This document shows positions 58,591-64,000 of a stretch of 64,000 bases of DNA, one piece after another. Positions within the stretch are counted from its first letter, which is position 1, and every line of letters begins with the position of its first letter. The DNA is from an uncultured Candidatus Rokubacteria bacterium (GTDB taxonomy: Bacteria; Methylomirabilota; Methylomirabilia; Rokubacteriales; CSP1-6), in assembly GCA_963754315.1 (NCBI GenBank), contig CAVWFS010000003.1, positions 64,001-128,000 on the forward strand, written 5' to 3'. The position numbers were made by a program, and so were the translations under genes. A model generated the notes under the pieces. The model did no database searches. It worked only from the letters and a program-made list of their open reading frames with translations, and had not been told where the DNA came from.

Positions 58591-61446
58591 ATGGACTACA
58601 AGACGACCTTGAATCTCCCCCGTACGGCCTTTCCCATGAAGGCCAATCTCGTCCGCAGCGAGCCCGAGATGCTCGCCTGGTGGGACGCGATGGGGATCTA
58701 TAAGCGCCTGCGCGAGGTGGCGGGCGGGCGGCCGCTGTGGATTCTGCACGACGGCCCCCCCTATGCGAACGGGCTCATCCATCTGGGCCACGTGCTGAAC
58801 AAGGTCCTCAAGGACATGATCGTGAAGTCACGCTCGATGCTCGGTTTCAACGCTGTGTACGTTCCCGGCTGGGACTGTCACGGCCTCCCCATCGAGCACG
58901 AGGTCGACAAACAGCTCGGCCTCGACCAGGCGTCAATCGATATCCGTCGCGCGATGGACCCCATCGAGAAGCGGCGGCGGTGCCGCGAGTATGCCCTGCG
59001 CTTCGTGGAGATCCAGCGGGACGAGTTCCGGCGACTCGGCGTCTTCGGCGATTGGGACAACCCCTATCTCACGATGACGCCAGCCTACGAGGCGATCATC
59101 GCGCGCGAGCTCGGGCGCTTCGTGGGGCGCGGCCTCGTCTTCAAGGGCCTCAAGCCCGTCCACTGGTGCATGCACTGCAAGACCGCGCTCGCCCAGGCGG
59201 AGGTCGAGTACGAGAACCAGCGAACGCCGTCCATGTATGTAAAGTTCCCGCTCGTCCACGCCTTGCTGGATTCGCCGGAGGCACCGTCGCCATCGCTGGT
59301 GATCTGGACGACGACTCCGTGGACGTTGCCCGCCAATCTCGCGGTGGCCGTGCATCCGGATGAGGACTACGTCGCGCTCGTGGTGGCCAGTGGCGGGGGC
59401 GGGCCCGAGACCTTGGTGGTGGCCGCCAAGCTGGCGGACGCCTTCCTGGAGGTTGCCGGGCTACGCGACGCGCGTCGAATCGCGACGTTCTCCGGCCGCC
59501 GCCTCGAGGGTCGCGAGTATCGTCATCCGTGGATCGCGCGCAGCGGCCGCGTCGCGGCGGCTGACTTCGTGGCCATGGACACCGGCACCGGGCTCGTCCA
59601 CATCGCCCCCGGTCATGGTGAGGAGGACTACGAGCTGGGGCGGCGGCTCGGCCTGCCCGTCTACAACCCCGTCGACGACGACGGCCGATTCTTGCAAGAC
59701 GTCGAGCTGCTCGGCGGCCTGACGGTGTGGGAGGCGAACGGCAAGATCATCGAGCTCTTGCGGCAACGTGGTCTCCTGGCTGCCCAGGTGCCGTTGGACC
59801 ATACCTACCCGCACTGCTGGCGCTGCAAGAACCCCACGCTCTTTCGCGCCACCGAGCAATGGTTCATCGCTCTCGACCAGGACGGGCTGCGCCAGCGGGC
59901 GCTGGAGGCCATCAAACGCGACGTGCGCTGGATCCCCGCCTGGGGCGAGGAGCGCCTCCACAACATGGTGGCCCATCGTTCGGAGTGGGTCATCTCGCGG
60001 CAACGCGTGTGGGGGGTGCCCATTGTCGCCTTCTACTGCACCGGCTGCGACGAGCTACTCCTCAGCGAGGCCGTCATCGAGCACGTGACGACGATCTTCC
60101 GGGACGGGCAGGGCGCCGACGAGTGGTACGCGCGGGAGGCGGCGGACCTCCTCCCGCCCGGGACTCGGTGCCAGAAGTGTGGGGCGAACGACTTCCGCAA
60201 GGAAACGGACATCCTCGATGTGTGGTTCGACTCTGGCTGTAGCCACGCGGCCGTGCTCGAGACGCGCCCCGATTTGCGCTGGCCGGCCGAGCTGTACATC
60301 GAGGGGACCGACCAGCATCGCGGCTGGTTTCAGTCGTCACTGCTGGAGGCGGTCGGAACGCGGGGGGCGCCGCCCTACCGCGCCGTGATCACGCACGGGT
60401 TCTTCGTCGACGCCGACGGCCGGAAAATGTCGAAGTCCGTCGGCAACTACATTCCTCTCGAGGAGCTGATCCCCAAGTACGGCGCCGAGATCTTGCGTCT
60501 GTGGGTCTCGGCCGAAGACTACACTCAGGATATCCGGCTGTCCCTGGAGATCCTCGACCGGCTGGCCGACGCCTACCGGCGCCTCCGGAACACGTTTCGG
60601 TTTCTGCTCGGCAACCTGGGAGACTTCGATCCCCGGCGCGATAGCCGACGCTACCACGAGCTGGACGAGGTCGACCGGTTCATCCTGGATCGTCTGGGCC
60701 GGCTCATCGGCCGTGTTCGGCGCGCCTACGAGGAGTATCAGTTCCACACGGTCTTCCACGCCGTGCACAACTTCTGCGCGGTCGACCTCTCCGCCCTGTA
60801 CCTGGACATCATCAAGGACCGCCTGTACACGAGCGCCCACGATGATCCGCGCCGGCGGGCCGGCCAGACCGCGTGCTACGAGATTCTGTCCGCGCTCGTG
60901 CGCCTGCTGGCGCCCGTCCTCACCTTCACCACGGAGGAAGCGTGGCGGATGATGCCGGGCGCGCCCTCCGACAGCGTGCATCTCGAGCGCTTCCCCGAGA
61001 TTCCTTCCGAGTGGATCGACGACACGCTCGAGCGCGAGTGGACGCGGCTCCTCGAGGTCCGGCGCGAGGTGGCCAAGGCCCTGGAGACGGCCCGGGTGGC
61101 GCGCGGGGTCGACGCTGCCCGCAGCCAGGGTCTCGCTATCGGCAGCGGGTTGGAGGCGATCGTCCGTATCCTGGCTTCTCCCGAGGATCTTCCAGACCTG
61201 CTTCGTCGCAAGCAGGATCTGCTGCCCACATTGTTCATCGTGTCGCAGGTGACCTTCGAGTCGAAGCCGGGTGGCTCCCTGGTCCACCATCCGAGCCAGG
61301 ACATCCCCGGCCTGGTGGTTGCGGTCGATCGAGCTCCTGGCCACAAGTGCGACCGCTGCTGGCGGTACACCGAGCATGTCGGCGAGAGTCGCGCGCATCC
61401 GACGTTGTGCGAGCGCTGCCTGCCGGTCGTGCTCGCGCGTTCGTGA
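58591..61446 (+). CDS. ileS: Isoleucine--tRNA ligase (type 1)
   Basis: [34 protein letters not shown]-terminal Zn finger. Confidence 0.97.
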   Translation: MDYKTTLNLPRTAFPMKANLVRSEPEMLAWWDAMGIYKRLREVAGGRPLWILHDGPPYANGLIHLGHVLNKVLKDMIVKSRSMLGFNAVYVPGWDCHGLPIEHEVDKQLGLDQASIDIRRAMDPIEKRRRCREYALRFVEIQRDEFRRLGVFGDWDNPYLTMTPAYEAIIARELGRFVGRGLVFKGLKPVHWCMHCKTALAQAEVEYENQRTPSMYVKFPLVHALLDSPEAPSPSLVIWTTTPWTLPANLAVAVHPDEDYVALVVASGGGGPETLVVAAKLADAFLEVAGLRDARRIATFSGRRLEGREYRHPWIARSGRVAAADFVAMDTGTGLVHIAPGHGEEDYELGRRLGLPVYNPVDDDGRFLQDVELLGGLTVWEANGKIIELLRQRGLLAAQVPLDHTYPHCWRCKNPTLFRATEQWFIALDQDGLRQRALEAIKRDVRWIPAWGEERLHNMVAHRSEWVISRQRVWGVPIVAFYCTGCDELLLSEAVIEHVTTIFRDGQGADEWYAREAADLLPPGTRCQKCGANDFRKETDILDVWFDSGCSHAAVLETRPDLRWPAELYIEGTDQHRGWFQSSLLEAVGTRGAPPYRAVITHGFFVDADGRKMSKSVGNYIPLEELIPKYGAEILRLWVSAEDYTQDIRLSLEILDRLADAYRRLRNTFRFLLGNLGDFDPRRDSRRYHELDEVDRFILDRLGRLIGRVRRAYEEYQFHTVFHAVHNFCAVDLSALYLDIIKDRLYTSAHDDPRRRAGQTACYEILSALVRLLAPVLTFTTEEAWRMMPGAPSDSVHLERFPEIPSEWIDDTLEREWTRLLEVRREVAKALETARVARGVDAARSQGLAIGSGLEAIVRILASPEDLPDLLRRKQDLLPTLFIVSQVTFESKPGGSLVHHPSQDIPGLVVAVDRAPGHKCDRCWRYTEHVGESRAHPTLCERCLPVVLARS

Positions 61447-61919
61447 TCCGCGTCCTCATCCTGGCCGGGGCGCTGATCGTCGCCGATCAGATCACCAAGG
61501 CCATCGCGCTGACCCACCTGGCGCCGGGTGTTCCCGTCGAGCTTACCAGCTGGCTCTCCCTTACGTTGGTCATGAACCCCGGCCTTGCCTTTGGCCTGCT
61601 GGCGGGCGTGCCGCCGAACTGGCGCTGGGTGGTGGCAGTGCTATCGCTGGTGGCTCTGGTTGTGCTGGCGCGGGTGGCCCTCCGCGTGTTGCCCACCGAT
61701 GGGTGGCCAGGGCGGGTTGCCGTCGGCCTCATCTTCGGCGGCGCGGTCGGTAATCTCATCGACCGTGTGCGCTGGGGGGCGGTCGTCGACTTTGTCGATG
61801 CCCATTGGCGCGGGTATCATTGGCCCGCCTTCAACGTCGCCGACTCCGCTATCACGGTGGGGGTAACCCTGCTCGCCGTTCGCCTCGTCTTCCGGCCGCC
61901 TCCTCCCACCGCGGGATAG
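61443..61919 (+). CDS. lspA: Lipoprotein signal peptidase II
   Basis: DQITK, NPGLAFG, GNLIDR, VVDF, FNVAD. Confidence 0.95.
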   Translation: MIRVLILAGALIVADQITKAIALTHLAPGVPVELTSWLSLTLVMNPGLAFGLLAGVPPNWRWVVAVLSLVALVVLARVALRVLPTDGWPGRVAVGLIFGGAVGNLIDRVRWGAVVDFVDAHWRGYHWPAFNVADSAITVGVTLLAVRLVFRPPPPTAG

Positions 61920-61922
61920 AGT

Positions 61923-62861
61923 GTGAAGCCCTTACGCCTCAAGGTCGGACGCGAGGCGGCCGGGTTTCGACTCGACCGTTGGCTTGCCGCCCACGTCGAA
62001 AACCAGTCGCGGGCGCGGCTTCAAGGACTGATCGAGCAAGGGCGAGTGAGGGTGAACCACGAAGTGTTCCGGGCCGCCCATCGCCTTCGGGGCGGGGAGG
62101 TGGTCGAGGTCGAGATCCCACCGCTGCCCGCCGAGGACTTGCGCCCGGAGCCAATAGCCCTCACGGTGCGCTACGAGGATGACCATGTCTTGGTGATCGA
62201 CAAGCCCTCGGGGATGGTCGTCCATCCCGGGGCAGGTCACGTTGCTGGAACGTTGGCGGCGGCAGTCCTCGCGCACGCACCCGACGTCGCTGGTGTCGGG
62301 GGACCGCGCCGGCCGGGAGTCGTGCACCGCCTGGACAAAGATACGTCTGGGCTGCTCGTCGTGGCCCGCACCCAGCGTGCGTACGACTCGCTAACCGCTC
62401 AGCTGGCCGCCCGGACGGTCGCACGCCGATATCTGGCCGTCGCCCACGGCCGGGTGGCCGCGCCGCACGGCGTTGTCGATGCGCCGATCGGCCGCCATCC
62501 GACCGAGCGTATTCGCATGGCGGTGCGACCCGAGGGCAAAGGGCGGCGCGCCGTGACGCGCTACCGGGTCCTGGAGCGCTTTGCCGCGTTCACCTATCTC
62601 GAGGCTCAGCTCGAGACTGGGCGCACTCATCAGATCCGAGTTCATCTTTTGTCCATTGGGCATCCCATCTATGGCGATGAGACGTACAGATTGCGGTCAT
62701 CGAGACGCCTGCCCATTCCGTTCGACGGCATCGCTCTGCACGCCTTTTCGCTGGAGTTCGTGCATCCAGTTACGGGAAGGCAGATGGGATTCACAAGCCC
62801 TGCTCCCACGCGGATCGAACGCCTTGTCACATATCTTCGCGAAGGGCATGATGTTTGCTAG
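61923..62861 (+). CDS. rluD: RluA/RluD family pseudouridine synthase with S4 domain
   Basis: RLDRWL, KPSGMVVHP, HRLDKDTSG, TGRTHQIR. Confidence 0.9.
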   Translation: MKPLRLKVGREAAGFRLDRWLAAHVENQSRARLQGLIEQGRVRVNHEVFRAAHRLRGGEVVEVEIPPLPAEDLRPEPIALTVRYEDDHVLVIDKPSGMVVHPGAGHVAGTLAAAVLAHAPDVAGVGGPRRPGVVHRLDKDTSGLLVVARTQRAYDSLTAQLAARTVARRYLAVAHGRVAAPHGVVDAPIGRHPTERIRMAVRPEGKGRRAVTRYRVLERFAAFTYLEAQLETGRTHQIRVHLLSIGHPIYGDETYRLRSSRRLPIPFDGIALHAFSLEFVHPVTGRQMGFTSPAPTRIERLVTYLREGHDVC

Positions 62862-62885
62862 CTTGGGCGAGAGGGGGAATCCGTC

Positions 62886-64000
62886 ATGAGCCAGCTCACA
62901 GCGGTAATTCTTGCGGCGGGAGAGGGCAAGCGCATGCGCTCGCGCCAGCCCAAGGTACTCCATCGGCTTTGTGGCCGGCCCCTTGTCGCCTACCCGGTCA
63001 GGGCGGCCCGTTCCGTCACTGACCAGATCGTGATGGTGGTTGGTCCGGAACAAGGCGACCTCGTCCCTGTTGTCGGTAGCGACGTACGATTCGCGGAGCA
63101 GCGCGAGCGGCTCGGAACCGGACATGCTCTGCTGCAGGCTCAGCCACTTGCCGCCGACGGCACAATCCTCGTCCTGCCTGGGGACACGCCGCTCCTCTCC
63201 GGCGCAACCCTCGATCGCCTGGTGACCCATCATCGAGCCACCCGGGCCGCCGCGACATTGTTGACCTCGATTGTCGACCAGGGACAGGGATACGGACGGA
63301 TCCTTCGCCAGGGGGGCCGGGTGGCCGGGATCGTGGAGGAACGCGACGCGACCGACGACCAGAAGGCGATCACCGAGATCAACGCCAGCGTGTATTGCTT
63401 CGAGGCGCGACGGTTGTGGCCAGCGCTGGCCAAGGTCCGCGCGGAGAATGCCCAGGGTGAGTACTACCTGACCGACGTGATCGGGATTCTCGCCCGTGGG
63501 GGCGAGCGGGTGGAGGCGATTACGACCACAGGCGGGGTGGAGGCGCTGGGGGTCAACGACCGCAAGCAGCTGGCGGCGCTGGCCGCTATCCAGCAACGGC
63601 GCATCCTGGATCGCCTGATGGAGGAAGGCGTCACCATCCTCGATCCGGCGGCCACCTACATCGAGGACACGGTCACCATCGGCCCCGACACCATCGTGTA
63701 TCCGCAGGCGATCCTCGAGGGCAACACGGTCATCGGGAGCGACTGCGTGGTTGGTGCTGGGTGCCACATCAGAGGTAGCCGGCTGGCCGACCGAGTTTCC
63801 CTCAAGCCGTACTGCGTCATCACCGACTCGGTGATCGACGATGGCGCCATCCTGGGACCGTTCTGCCACCTGCGCCCCCAATCACACGTGGGACCGGACG
63901 CGCACATCGGCAATTTCGTGGAACTCAAGAAGTCGCGGATCGGACGGGGAGCCAAGGCCAATCACCTCGCCTATCTCGGGGATGCCACCGTGGGAGACCA
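62886..64000 (+). CDS. glmU: Bifunctional GlmU, 3' truncated by window edge (absent from the ORF track)
   Basis: Manual translation MSQLTAVILAAGEGKRMRS..., NAQGEYYLTD, GNFVELKKS, HLAYLGDA. Confidence 0.95.
   Translation, partial: MSQLTAVILAAGEGKRMRSRQPKVLHRLCGRPLVAYPVRAARSVTDQIVMVVGPEQGDLVPVVGSDVRFAEQRERLGTGHALLQAQPLAADGTILVLPGDTPLLSGATLDRLVTHHRATRAAATLLTSIVDQGQGYGRILRQGGRVAGIVEERDATDDQKAITEINASVYCFEARRLWPALAKVRAENAQGEYYLTDVIGILARGGERVEAITTTGGVEALGVNDRKQLAALAAIQQRRILDRLMEEGVTILDPAATYIEDTVTIGPDTIVYPQAILEGNTVIGSDCVVGAGCHIRGSRLADRVSLKPYCVITDSVIDDGAILGPFCHLRPQSHVGPDAHIGNFVELKKSRIGRGAKANHLAYLGDATVGD

Overview
GC-rich bacterial chromosomal segment. The lineage is plausibly Rokubacteriales/Methylomirabilota, inferred from the gene repertoire and 16S appearance and not verified. 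It is mostly housekeeping DNA: pccB-like carboxyltransferase and split methylmalonyl-CoA mutase; a cluster of secreted proteins plus a porin-like gene; hisS-aspS-phoH-ybeY-era-recO-glyQ-glyS; PBP1A/tyrS; a complete rrn operon (16S, tRNA-Ile, tRNA-Ala, 23S, 5S); a combined caa3-oxidase + Rieske/cytochrome b operon; three paralogous small lipoproteins; uspA, dedA, degP, rhomboid; a divergent membrane pyrophosphatase; mltD-moaD; selC-selA-selB; tatA; two GT-C-like membrane proteins; ileS-lspA-rluD-glmU. No transposase, integrase, cas gene or prophage was seen. The most interesting non-coding signals are (1) a structured, riboswitch-like leader on hppA, (2) a 4 x ~105 bp palindromic tandem array directly upstream of tRNA-Sec that belongs to a dispersed REP-like family, (3) a 3 x 78 bp repeat array inside the lipoprotein paralog cluster, (4) 11-bp-phased regulator boxes before degP and a CRP/FNR-type box before the respiratory operon, and (5) several apparently leaderless genes. 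Frameshifts cluster in the porin gene and the 29.9-35.6 kb respiratory operon and are most likely consensus indel errors.
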